Shown here: in pieces, positions 1-13,500 of the stretch
Position numbering within the stretch: the first letter of the stretch is position 1
Layout: each line of letters opens with the position of its first letter
Assembly (NCBI RefSeq): GCF_964355755.1
Contig: NC_092671.1
Location: 24,316,070 to 24,380,069 of the forward strand
DNA length: 64,000 bases
Direction of reading: 5' to 3'
DNA from: Antedon mediterranea
Lineage: Eukaryota > Animalia > Echinodermata
Notes under the pieces: model-generated
The model's input: only the letters and a program-made list of their open reading frames with translations
Database searches by the model: none
What the model was told of the DNA's origin: nothing
Program-made: the position numbers and the translations under genes

Positions 1-336
1 CAAAAAAGATAAAAATAAAAGATAAAAATTAAAGCTCCCACAAAAAATTGGAAAATATCAAAAACCATTGAAATAAAAAAAAATGTAAATGAATAAAATA
101 AACACACACAAAACGAATCCAAATATTAGAAAATGTGTGAGATCATTTGTATGATTTTGGTTGTGTTTTTCATTAGATTAATGTCCCCCTTCTTATTTGA
201 TGTAATTAACAAAGAAAATATCAAATATTACACAAGGAAAAATGCACCCAATATATTGTTACGTTTGTCACCGAGAGCTTTACCGTAAATCTTCTAATTG
301 TAACCCTGGGTTATTATTCTTTGATTGTTTTTTAGG

Positions 337-815
337 GTGGGTTACTATTAGAGTAGTGGGTTACTATTAGAGTAGTGGGTTACTAATAGAGTAGTGGGTT
401 ACTATTAGAGTAGTGGGTTACTACTACTAATCTTAAATTAGGCACCTGGAAAATAGTAAACCATCCTGAACGTTTCCGGTCAGCAACTCATAGTAAAATA
501 ATAAAATTGTACGAATAAACACATTTGGTACAACTGTAACTTTATTTTATAACTAAAAAACACTCAATCCTCCCTCACTCCTGAAATCAACATGCATTAT
601 CTCCTTATTTCCAATATACGGCTACATCATAAGATTTTGTAACTCTTATAGTCCCCCATGGGTTACTATTAGAGTAGAGGGTTATTATTAAAAGATTTAT
701 GGTATAAGGTGGGTTACTATTAGAAGTGGGGTTACTATTACAGTGTGGCTTACTATTAGAAGGGGGGTTACTATTACAGTGTGGGTTACTATTAGAGTTT
801 GGGTTACTATTAGAA
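337..815. repeat. Two minisatellite blocks of 18-19-bp units (GGGTTACTATTAGAGTAGT-like)
   Basis: Tandem copies at about 337-424 and 659-815; they produce the NSNP-repeat ORF 605..931. Confidence 0.85.
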
Positions 816-1481
816 GATTTACGGTATCTAATTTTGACTAACACCGAAACATGTAGTTTTTTTCTGTTGATTTCAAGTCCGTAAGCAGCTGTAGTTTTAT
901 TATTCCAAAACTTCTTTCTATAAGTTACCAATTAATATTTTATCATTGAAATGTTTTAAACTGCCAACTGATTGACAGAGTTCAACCTGCATGCCCCTCT
1001 AATCTACTTCTTGCGCTCCTATTCGACATGTACATGCATGTTGTCACTTTCTGATGCACACCCTACAGTAGATTATTATTCACACAGAAAAATTTTTCTT
1101 TAGCGTCTTTATTTTCTTAACAAAATAAAGTTTCATATCCACTTACAAACAAATTTCAAAATGAAGGAATACTTTGTGTACAGCAAAATCAATGGCTCTA
1201 AATAGTTCTGAATAGTATTCTTCATACCGTTTTTTTTTTTTTTTGTAAATAATTTGTCAGAGTACTTTTGATCAGGGAAGAGTGCACTTTTAATATACTT
1301 CTATTACTCATCCCAGGCGAATTAACATATAACCACATTAGGCAGAAAAAAACATGCAGAGCATGTGTTACTGCTAGTTATAAATAATTGTTTAAAATAC
1401 TTTTAATAATATATTGTTTGAGGATTCATTTTAAGCTTGGATTGTGTCTTTGAATTTTGTTGTAATCTACATTTGTTTAAG

Positions 1482-1565
1482 GTATGTTGATGGTGAACAC
1501 TATTTTGAGTCATTAGCTGATTCTTTGGAAGAAGCACAGGAAGAAATATTCATTACTGATTGGTG
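1482..1565 (+). CDS. PLD1: PLD exon: (W)[27 protein letters not shown](W)
   Basis: ttaag| acceptor, |gtaag donor; conserved EEIFITDWW motif. Confidence 0.93.
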
Positions 1566-4500
1566 GTAAGTTATTATGTGTTTTAGGAATTAGGGCTTCC
1601 TCTTAGAGGTGAATTGTAAAGCTTTGTACTATCAAATATGTACAAATAAGTACTATAGTAATATGACATCATCGTGTCCATATGGGCACATCACATCACA
1701 TTTTTTTTATATCTATATAAACTATGCTTATATATGATGTATATAAAACATGTTAGCAGGTCTATACAATATTGTTCCATATTTCTCCCTTAGTAAAATA
1801 TTATTAGTTTTAAACCAAAATTTCTGATTTCATTGTTAGATTTTGAACCGTACACAGGTGCCTAAGTCATCCCTTGGCAACTTTAATTAAGTATTTGCTG
1901 CCCTCTCTAGGCCTAGCCAGCTATGTTGGCCATTGGTGGTGATATTCATTCATGCCGTTTTGTTTATTTTCGTGAAGTTGGCAAAAATAAGATTTATACT
2001 GCAAATTACTGTAATAAATACATTCATAAATCATCGGAGTATATTGTGGGGAAATTGTAAAATCAGTATATAAAATTACAGAGAGAACTGTGATAGGGCT
2101 ATATTTGTAAAATCGAGTAAAACCCTGATAACCGAATAATGGTAGCCGATTTATTAAGTTAGCTTGCAGGTCTGTTTAACTACGTGCTATTTGTAGACCC
2201 GGGATGCTTCAGCCCATGTTGAAAGGCCTTCTTCCTTAGACCAAAACAGCCTACTGACCGATGTCAATGTATGGTGTTTTATCATATTTTAAACTAAATA
2301 ATGGAATAATTATACCAAGGCCTACCATATTTATTTGAATAAACGGCCTTCCACATTATACACACAATTTTTTACACAATAGTAATTAATGGTAGATTAT
2401 CTTGATAAACTTGCACAGCTTCAAGAACCTGAATTGCCGGTTTCTTGAAACTAAGCGATGGATAAAGTCCTAATAACGATGTCTCCTTTTCCGTCAAAAC
2501 TGAAAATTGTGAGTTCAAATTTTTGTTGATGACGTAATCCAAAAAGGGTATTGCTATGTTCTTCTTATAGTGTCCAGCAAGTGTATCTGCGTTCGTTATG
2601 GTGCCTTTGTCCCCCAGTTACTCGAGGTCTTGATGGCTCTTTTCCAACTTTTTGACCCATTCTTACAGCTGACTTTTATTATATGATTCAAATTCAGTGT
2701 CAACCTGTTCTCTTTCATATTTAATCTCTTCCTCTAAAATGCATAACCTTGTAATATATTGAGGGATGAGCCCAGTAGTTGTATAGTAAGGACTGAGGGA
2801 TATGATAGATACTGATACACATCTGCAACAATATTTTCCGGTTCTTTTCAATGTTCTGTGCACGCTTTCTATCCATAACCACAGGAATGGAGTTATCGGG
2901 TTTGTCGATACTCTGAACAAACTCATCAGTTTTACACATGGCACTCTGATGATAATAATGACATTAATTGCTTGTGATCTCTGCATTTCTCAGAATTCTT
3001 ACGCCATTTTATAAAAGGTTGATTCACTTTGCTTCACGATCAGAAAGAGCACATGCAATACAATATGCACCATCAACATGTTTGCTGTATACCATCCATC
3101 TGTGTTGTAGTGATTAATGTTTAAAACTTCGCTGACAGCCACCCATTTGCTGTTTTAGCAAAGTGTCTGGCCTTTGTTTGTGATGCTTTATAAGTTTATA
3201 CTTTTCACCTGCTGTGAGGTTCTGAACTGCATTTTTTCAACTCTGCAACTGACATAGTAGCATTAATGATAATTCCAATATTATTTTGTGCATCAAGGAT
3301 GTCAACAACGATTGGTTTTTTTGCATTTCTTTTGGATGGTGCATCCTGAACTAGTGGTATATTTAATTGAATACTATAGTTTTGGTGTATGTCCTAATTT
3401 CTCATGGAATATCTTCTTTATAACTGTAACATAAAGTTAACAACTTATCACATCAAGTAAACAAGGGAAATAATTAGGTAAAAAGTACCAAGGAAATTAT
3501 ATAAGCTGGTTGCAAATACATCACATGGCCAAATAGCATGTCTAAAAACAAGCTTTGACAACATCAACCTTTTTAGACATTCAAAGGAACCGCAAATGCA
3601 TGTGCTAGAGCTGCATGCTACATGTAGTAGAACTTTTCATAACACTGCAGCTGAATCCCCGCTTTTTCAGTTGGCATTGTAATTGTATGCCGGACATGGA
3701 CTTGCGAGTGGTCATGCACAGGTGGACCTTTTTGCATTTTTGGCACACACCAAGTCTATGCCCGTGGGATGGAGCTTTACACCCAAAATTACCTAACGAG
3801 CTGCTTTAAAGGCGGGCACAAAAGTTCTATTGATCATACATTCCAATAATTATCGATCTATAGTTTCCCCTATGTTTCATAATTGTTGTGATTTTATTTG
3901 TGTTACACAAGCTTGTTGAAAATAAGCACTTTCTTATCGGTGGGGGGATAGCTCAAATTACACAGTAAAATCTCTATTCTTTTGTACACAACTTTTGTAA
4001 ATAGAGAGGCATTTTAAAAAGCTATGAAAAATAAACGGTGTGGTAAAAAATGTTATCAGATGACTAAATATAGGTAATATAACTTGAATTTTACATTTTT
4101 AATATTTTTATTCAACTTCAGATAGCAAAAATTATCCACCGTATATCCACTATCTTTTTTCACCTTCTAGGGAGTCACCAGACATGTTATTACATTAGGT
4201 TATATTAAACTACCTAACTACTGAAAAAAAGTCCTCCTGGTTTTTATGGCAGAATTTTGCTAAATTTAGTATTAAATTCATGGTTTTTCGTCTTGATTTC
4301 TGTTACAAATATTTAATTTATGTACAATTAACCAGATATTATATTTAAATTCATGCCTGTACCTGAGCTTTAAGCAAGCAATAATCTCCAGGTCTCCTAC
4401 TATATTGTTGGTTATTTGAACAGGAATATAAATGAAGAAACATATCTTTGCGTTTTCTGGGACTAAGTTTCCAACAAAGCAGCATGGCTTGTCAATAATA

Positions 4501-7500
4501 ATACAACATTTACCACCAAAATGTCTCAGTGTAAACATTTTCTATCAGGGGAAATAAATTCCAATATTATTGTAGTGGTGTTTATTTTTGTACTGTAACC
4601 TATTAATGGACATCATCCCTGTAACGGACTAATCAATTTTCAGAACATTTTCACCACCATCATACATAGACTCAAGGTGTATTCTTGGAAGATTTATTTG
4701 TGGTGGGTGTCATTTATTGTATAGAAATATACCAAAGAAATCCAGGTATTAATATTTTACTACTTATTCTATCCATAAAAACATTTTATCTAATTTCAGG
4801 CTTAATCCAGATATCTACCTAAAACGACCAATTTTCCATGGTCATAGTTGGAGAATCGACCACATTTTGAAAAGAAAAGCAGTAAGTGATATTTTGAGAT
4901 TGCAATTTTTTTTTAAATTGCCACATTCCATATTTTAAACCTTTATATCCAAACAAGGAAAAGTGGAGCAGATTGATAAGAGAAGACGCCTGACATGGTG
5001 TGGAAACCTTCTTCGTGAGAAAAGTAAAGCGACTAAGAGAATGACCTAAAACCACATATGGATAAAAATTATAGAAACTGATACGAAAAGGAAAATAAAC
5101 AAGTCTATTCACACTTTGGCCAATAATCGCTTTAATTGGAGAAGTCTTGTTAAGTGAGCTATGTCGCAAGACGTTCATGATGATGACATCCATTCACAGA
5201 TCATTTTATGAAAACAAGTAAACTGTACATTTAATACTACTATACTATGCAGTCAATTTGTAAATTAAATAAAACATTTTTTACCAAGCTGAGAGATTTG
5301 AAATGCCTGTAATTATTTGAGCCACACCCCTAGATGGCCGGAATTGATATTTTCGCACATAAAATTCATGATAAATGGCAACCCAGTGACCGGTATATTC
5401 ATTGCGAATGTCGGGAGGTATTCCACGACAATGTCATTCTCATGTTGATACTTGAATTTATTTAATTTAAATGAGCAATATTTATGTTTCTCACTTGATA
5501 AACATACGCAACAAACTATTTATTACCATTATTTGACTACAAAATTTTGGGAATAATTAATAATAATTTAATTTGGGAGTAAAAATTGCACTGATCCACC
5601 ACGTACAAATGTAAAGAAACTTCAGCACACACTACATCATGTCACTGTATTTCAACTAACGCATGTATTGCCATCGTCGTGGTAAGATACCAGGGAAATA
5701 TATTGTATGCATACGGAAACACCATTCTAGTTTCATAATGTAACATTTGTTTTCTACTAGGAAAATGGAGTCAAAATTTTTATCCTTCTGTATAAGGAGG
5801 TAGAGATGGCGCTTGGTTTGTACAGTAAAGAAACTAAAAGAAGATTACAAAAGCTACATAAAAACATTCGGGTAAATTGTTTTTTTAATATGTTTTGTGT
5901 CTGTAAAGTGTTATCGCACATAGAAGCTTTTACATTTTTAAATGTGAAGAAGATAGCCAGTAGTTAATTCAATATTTCATTACTAAAAACTTCTACATCC
6001 GTTAGAAGAAAATAGCCCATCTCCCCAATACCCCTGATAAGTTTCAGCGGAAATTTGTCCTGCCTGTGTTTATAACAGTACTTTAATGTGTGTATACATT
6101 AAATTTTTTAAATATAAACTTATGTATTTTGCAACTTTAAGGATAGTGAATAAATTCACTACGGTTTTTCTTGGCAAATCCCCTAATATAAAAATAAGAA
6201 GAACCATCAAGTATCCAAAAAGACAAAAAAATTAATTATTGATTTTGGAATTAAAAATACAAGTAGTCATGATGATGTTGTAATTAATAGAAGTATATAA
6301 GGATTAAAAATGTTTAGGGACTATCATAGATGATAAGTTAAAGTGTAGCAAAACACAGACAGGTTGTTTAAAAATGGACAGCAATGTTTGTACTTAATAA
6401 TATAATAAATAATTGTAATGTTTTACAAAGCAATGGCTCAGCGTGATATTGTTTTGTTATGGCGTTCTAGGAAGTAGCCTTAATGCATACATTTATGTAA
6501 GGGTGTAGGTTTTTACAGGATGTAAAGTTTTATTTGTATTCATATTAAGGACAAGTCATGTGTGTCAAACAACAAATTTCCAATTTTAAATTTTTATGAA
6601 TATTGGACAATAAAAGTTTTTGAAATAGTGCATAATAAAGATGTACTGTATGTATATTATTGTTAAATACAATGAAAAATCTTTTTTACAAACAATTTTC
6701 CTAAATACATACAGTACCTAAATTTCTCACTAATTCCCAGTAATTTACAAAAAATAAAGAATGGAATGTGTTAGGATCTTACCATCAATTCTAAGACGTA
6801 ATTTGCAATCATCAAATCATTAGAAAGGGTAGTATTATACTTTCTAATATTATTATTGATAAGATATTAATAAGTTGACTTGCATGCTACATACAATTGA
6901 CAGGTTATTCGTCATCCTGACCATGTACCTGGTGGAACCATCCTCTGGGCACATCATGAAAAGCTTGTGGCAATAGATCAGCATGTAGCCTACCTAGGTG
7001 GTTTAGACATTTGCTATGGCCGCTGGGATGACTTTAAACATCGCCTTGTAGATGTAGGTTCTGCATTTACTGATAAGCATGAAAGTCCATATGCAACGAA
7101 GGTAAATATGTTTATGGATTTTGTTCTGTTTTTCAATTTCTCTAGCCTATGAGTTGTCATTTTGCATGACAGATATATTAACTATTTTATTGCATTTCAC
7201 TCAAATTGATGTAATATGAATTTGGATTTTTAAACAAAGTTTGACTCTTGTTTTTTTTTTTGGGTATAGAAACAGTTTGGTGGCTCCTTACAATACGATA
7301 GCATAGATGGTGGTGAACTGGACACCAGGACTGATGCTAATAGAATCGACAGTTTACGAGTACATTCTCTTAAAAAGTCTACATTACGCACAAGTGTTGA
7401 TCAAAGGCTCGACCAGATGGGTGTTGATGGTGCTCCTAAGTTATGGCCTGGCAAGGATTATTGTAACTTTATTGTAAGGGATGTGGCTGATCCGCATGAT

Positions 7501-10500
7501 GCATTTACAGGTAATTACCAGCCAAAACAAAGACAAACCAGTGGTGAATTTGTTTGCCATGTGTACTTGAGACACATAATCGGCCAATAGAATATTTCAT
7601 TTAAATTTGAGGAGATTTAATAATATGTTGCGTTTTAATGTTTAGTAATAAATGGTACATCCAGTTCTGTATGGTATTTAAATGGATATAGTTTTATTCA
7701 TGATTGAAAGACAATAAAAATATTTTAATTGACTTTCATTCCTTTGGCAAAAATGCGCTATATTATTTTTATTTTGTTATCTGTCAAGTCATAAGTTAAA
7801 ATAGACATTACTGTGTTTAATAAAAGATTGTGTACATTTTAAAGATAATGTAGATCGTTCAAAGACACCTCGTATGCCTTGGCACGATATAGCTTGTTCT
7901 GTTTCTGGAAAACTAGCTGCAGATGTCTCAAGACATTTTATACAAAGATGGAATGCATCTAAGGTAAGATTTAGGGCAATTGAACACATAAAGGAAAAAG
8001 TTAAAAGTTAGAAAAATACACTAATTTTAATCTATGGGGCAGCTAGCCTAAAAATAAGTTAGCAATAAACAACTATATTTAGGCTTTCTAGGCTTCACTA
8101 AACATTTTCCCTGTCTTCAATAGCAATTGTTTGGTGACAAAATTGTGTTCTCATGAAAATTGACGAAGCAAAATTTGTTAATACATCTAAAATGGAGCAA
8201 TAGCAAATTGCAACATTATGCTTGTTAAAAAGTAGATGGTATAGAAGCGAATCCCAACAATACCTTAAGTTGGTTATAGGAAGTGTACTCACCTTTAGTA
8301 TTGTTTTGTGGTTCACCGGGGTCACAAGTAAAGATAAGTCTACAACATGTTGTTAAGTATGCATCACGTATCATTGGAATTGAGCAGAGCTATATTGAAT
8401 CCATTTTTAAAAAGCGATTGATTAAGAAAACACATTTTATATTGCAAGATTTAAATCATCCCTTGAGTAACATATTTCAGGTATTACGTAGCGGTAGATG
8501 TCACTAGTCATTTATTTTTCGCAACAGCTTTTATCCAGATGCAATTCAATTTCCTCAATGAGAGACTGGATTGCAAGGGCCTACATTTTTGCTTGGTAGA
8601 AATTTAATTGTTTTAATTATTACTAATCTGGCCAAAAAATATATTGATTTGATTTGATTTTGTAAATCTCCTGCAATGTATTGTAGACATAGCAAGTAAA
8701 GTTGGTTTATTTTGATTTGTATTGTTTTTTATGTAGCTAAAAATTAATTGGCTAAAAAGAAAATCAGCATCAGCCCAGGCTCGTCCTTTTGATTATCTGC
8801 TTTAAGAGGGATAGGATTCAGTCATGATTTCCTCTTCTGAAAAGGTTAATAAAGGAAAAGGACTTCTAGGAACTTATTTTCAGAGGAATGACCCCAAAAA
8901 ACCTTCCTTTCAAAAACAATTCCTGTAATATCACTAAAACTTTTATATTTCACAATCAAACTTATTTGTATGGATTACATACTCAATAATATTATTTTAT
9001 TTTAATAGCTTCATGCTGTTGCATCATAGAAAAGATATCACTGTGATATTATACAAAATGAAAGTTTATGGGTGTAATGGTGCAAATAATGGCATGATGA
9101 GGTGAATAATGAAAGGTTATATTTCAACTCGGAAATTCAACGAGGCAAAGCCAAGTTGAAATACAGTATAACCTTTCATCATTCACCAAATGCCATTATT
9201 TGTCATCTAAATAGATTTCTGTCATTTGAATCATATTGAATAAAAGGTAGGCCTAGGCCTACATTTGATTACCATTGATTGAAACAGTAACATTTGGTTT
9301 TTAATTTTTGATTTTATAAACACAACTTTTACTATAGTGTTAATTATGTCAACGTCAAACAATACTAGCCTAATACTAACAAGCCTAGCTAGGCTAGAAG
9401 GCAACAATACCATTACGAAACTTTTACAGGCAACTGGAACTCATCTAATCACGTCTTGTAGAGATGATTAATTTAACAAAATCATACAAACGATCTAAAG
9501 CTAATATAAATGCCCTTTTTGGTATAAATTAGTAAATATCTCCAAAAAAATAACATTTAATCTTCGAAGTGGATAAACAAAATATGTGGCGCTGTTGTAT
9601 TTATAAAACAAAAGTATAAAAATTGTTATTTTTCGTACACGAAAAAAAGTACTATTGAATGACCGTTCAATAGTGCGCACTATTGCACGCCATGTGACCC
9701 ACAATCGTCCAATCAAATAAATTTATTTAGATGTTAAACATAATTTTTTTAATGAAAGTATAATTAATGTATGTGTTCCTGTACTCTTGTGTTGTAGATC
9801 ATTTCATAGTCTTTAAGACTTCAAATACTTTACTACCAATTGGCATTTAAAAATATACACTATTTTCAAGAATTCATCATGTTGCAGGTTGTGAACTGTT
9901 GAACGTTAATTTCTAATTTATACTGAAGATGGACATATTCAATTTTTTCCTTTCCTTAGCTTGAAAAAGTAAAGCAAAAAGATTCATATGTGCTATTGGT
10001 TCCAAAATCAACTTCAAAGATCAAAGTCCATGAAGCTTACAAGTTGCAAGGAACTCACTGCAAATGCCAGGTATAGAACAATTGTTTAATTTGTAGGCTT
10101 TAATGTACCCACATGCAAATCAGTAAAGGTTGTGAAAAAATCAGTTAGTAATGGATATTATATGATGTAAATATTTAATATATACACAATATGAATTATA
10201 AAAGAAAAATAAATTTTGCATTGCTCCTTTAACAAAGGTTCACTGCAGACATTTTCACTATTTATGCTGTATAAAAATAGGTTGAAACTACCTTATTTTT
10301 ATTTCAGCTTTTGCGTTCTATAGGCAGTTGGTCAAGTGGTATGAAATTCACAGAGGACTCTATACAGACCGCATATGTTCATGCCATTCAAACAGCTGAA
10401 CATTACATTTATATTGAGGTGTAATATCTATTTTTAAAATTTTAGTTTTTACGCACATTGCCAAGGATTACCAATAGTAATTAATCACTGCCCTATCAGA

Positions 10501-13500
10501 TAGGTGCTAATCCCCCTGACACGGTAGCTTTTTTTGTGAACCAGTTCACCCGGGTACCTCCCTACTCGTCTTGAATGGTGAACTGGGGTTTTTTAAAGTG
10601 CACACACTTTTAAACTACTGTACCTACGGTTTATAGTACTTATTTGAGAAGACTTGTTCCACCACCAAAACTAGAAGCGAGTCGACCTTAACACACCATG
10701 TACACTGTAACATGATCTTCAGTATTAGCTTGAACTACCTAACTACCGAATAAAGCTATATTCTGTATTTTACGTTTTAAAGAGAAATTAATTTTTTTTC
10801 CATCCTAATTTCTGTTACACATTTTTTATGTACGTTTAATATAATATAATGATCTAATATTTTTCCTAATTAACATTGTGATATCAATGACAATACATAA
10901 TACCCCAGCTTGAGTGTGCTTTAACTGAAGTAATACTTTATGAAAACTATGATTATTTCCACAGAACCAATTCTTTATATCGCTTATTGATGATTCTGAA
11001 GTAACTAATCAGATAGCTAATGCTCTATTCCAAAGGATAGTTAAGGCATACAGGTATGATGATGGTACGTGTTGTACCAGCTAATATATTTATTATTATT
11101 ATTATTATTATTTTTATTCAAATCACACTCACTGAAAATTTGTTTTCTTTTTTCGTTTTTCTGATTTACAAAGAAAAAAGCCCTATAATACAACAATATA
11201 CAGCTTTAGCTAATGTGTCTAACCTGCCTGCATTATTATTTTAACTTTATTCCAGTTTAAACTAATGCATTTTATTTTAACATATTTGATTAAATCCAAT
11301 ACCACACAAGTATTGTATTTTTGTAACAAACAGACTTCAACAGTCGACAACCCGACACACAGTTCTGTAAGAAAAGAGCATTATATAAACATATTATTAT
11401 AATAATTTGTCAGGTCTTTTTCCTGATCCTTACATAAGTTATATTTTAAAACATTTGTAAACAAATTTGTAAGTAATTCTTGGGTGGGAGTATAATCTAC
11501 AACCTCCACATCACCAGCTTGATTCATTCTTATGTACTATTAAAGTACCATTGAAGTACAATTTATGTCATAGTAGGGCAAAAAAAATCTGACATTAATA
11601 ATAGCCCTGCCATCGCAATAGTTATAAAATCATCATCCATGTCTGAATATTCTAACCAATGGTAAACATTTGTAAATAAAGTGATTATTCCTAAATGACG
11701 TATTGGTGGCGATGAGGATCATTAGGATTGCTGCAGTTTCTTATTCAAGCATCCATTTCCAGCTGATTCTGATATTTATTTGTGTGGTTGTAAACTTCAA
11801 ATTATAATAAATACAAAATCTTTCACCAAGGTTAATGAAATATTATAGGCTGTAAATAACATCCAAATATGCATATACAGTAGCCTGAAAAACTGTAAAA
11901 ATACAATATGCATATACAGTAGGCTGAAAAACTGTAAAAATACAATAATTTACTATGGATGAAATCTATTTTTCTCTGTGGCCAACATGTGAGCCTAGCC
12001 CTTGAGAATCAATTTATAAAAGTGCCATTAGTAATGTAATTTAAATTCAATTACTTTAAAACAGTGGTGTGTTGCAAAACAATCAAATTGTGTTGTGTAT
12101 TCAAATTACAATGCTGTATTTTTAGTATTTGTTCCACAGTTTGACAACAAAATAAATAATAGTAGTCAATAAATTTAATTCAATAAATATTATTCTAGAA
12201 TGCTGATTGAATTGCAATATATAGTAGAAACTAAATGTACATTTATCTATAATCTTGTAAAGTGATAACATACTGTAAGGAGATATTGATATTCTAACTG
12301 ATAAAGTTACGATATAATAAGAGCACTCTGAAATCACTGAAAGTATGTTATAACAATGCTTTACGTTTGCTGCTGAAGCAGCCTAGACATTGTAGTGCTT
12401 AAATGACGTCCCATCCTTTGATGAGTTCATTAGAAATCTGTTTTTAGTTTTAAAAATCGTGTGAACGCAAGTAGTAATTCCTTGATCATGGCCATTAATC
12501 GCCACGTTCTTAATGTGTCAAGAATGCACATACAATGGAATGCTTTGTTGCATTGACTTTAAATATATTTGTTTTTGTTCTATGAGCTGTTGGATTAAGA
12601 TTTTTTTTTCTCTCTTTTGTTATGGATATAATATTATGATGATGATATTCCGAAATAAAAAGATAAATGAAATGAAATAATCAATAATCAAACATATACC
12701 GTATATAAATACTAAACAGTTTGAGTTAAAGGGTTAAATCCTTTAGGATAACTTATAGAGCTCAGCAAGTTTATTCAATTTAACAGTATGGATAGTTATA
12801 AACAGCAATATGAACTGGCTCCTAATAATTCAAAATAATTGATTGGTTTTTATTTTTAAGAGAGAAAGCAACATTCCGTGTTTATGTAGTACTTCCTTTA
12901 TTACCTGCATTCCAAGGTGAAGTAGGGGAGGATGAGGGACGTTCAATACATGCCATCTTGCACTGGGAGTACAAATCTATTTGCAAAGGAGAAGGCTCAC
13001 TATTAGAAAGACTTAAGAAAGAGGGAAGTAAGTAAAAATGTTTGTATATTATTTTTAAATTAGCTGTACAAACCCGGTTATTGTTAAATTTCTTTCCCTT
13101 TTGTTGAGTTGTCTCAACAAAAGGTTATACATTACAAAAAGACAAATAACTTTTTAAATACTGTTGACTTTTGTCAGATGATTATTTCTGCCAATTTTTT
13201 TACATAGTTATCAACCCCACTAATTACATCAGCTTCTATGGTTTGCGTAACCACGGAAATTTAAATGGTACTTTGGTGACAGAACTTGTGTACATTCATT
13301 CCAAGTTAATGATAGTAGATGATAAAATTGTGATAATGGGATCTGCTAACATCAATGATCGTAGCATGCTTGGTAATCGAGATAGTGAACTAGCTATTAT
13401 CATTGAGGACACTGAAAATGTACCTAGTGTTATGAATGGTGCTGAATATCAAGCTGGCAAGTTTGCGTTTGGACTTCGACAGCGAATATTTAAGTAAGTA

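Noticed and set aside
337-931. Telomere-like GGGTTA repeats, CRISPR-like spacing and the NSNP-repeat ORF
   Set aside because: Units are 18-19-bp head-to-tail minisatellites without unique spacers or TTAGGG tandem arrays; eukaryotic intron context.
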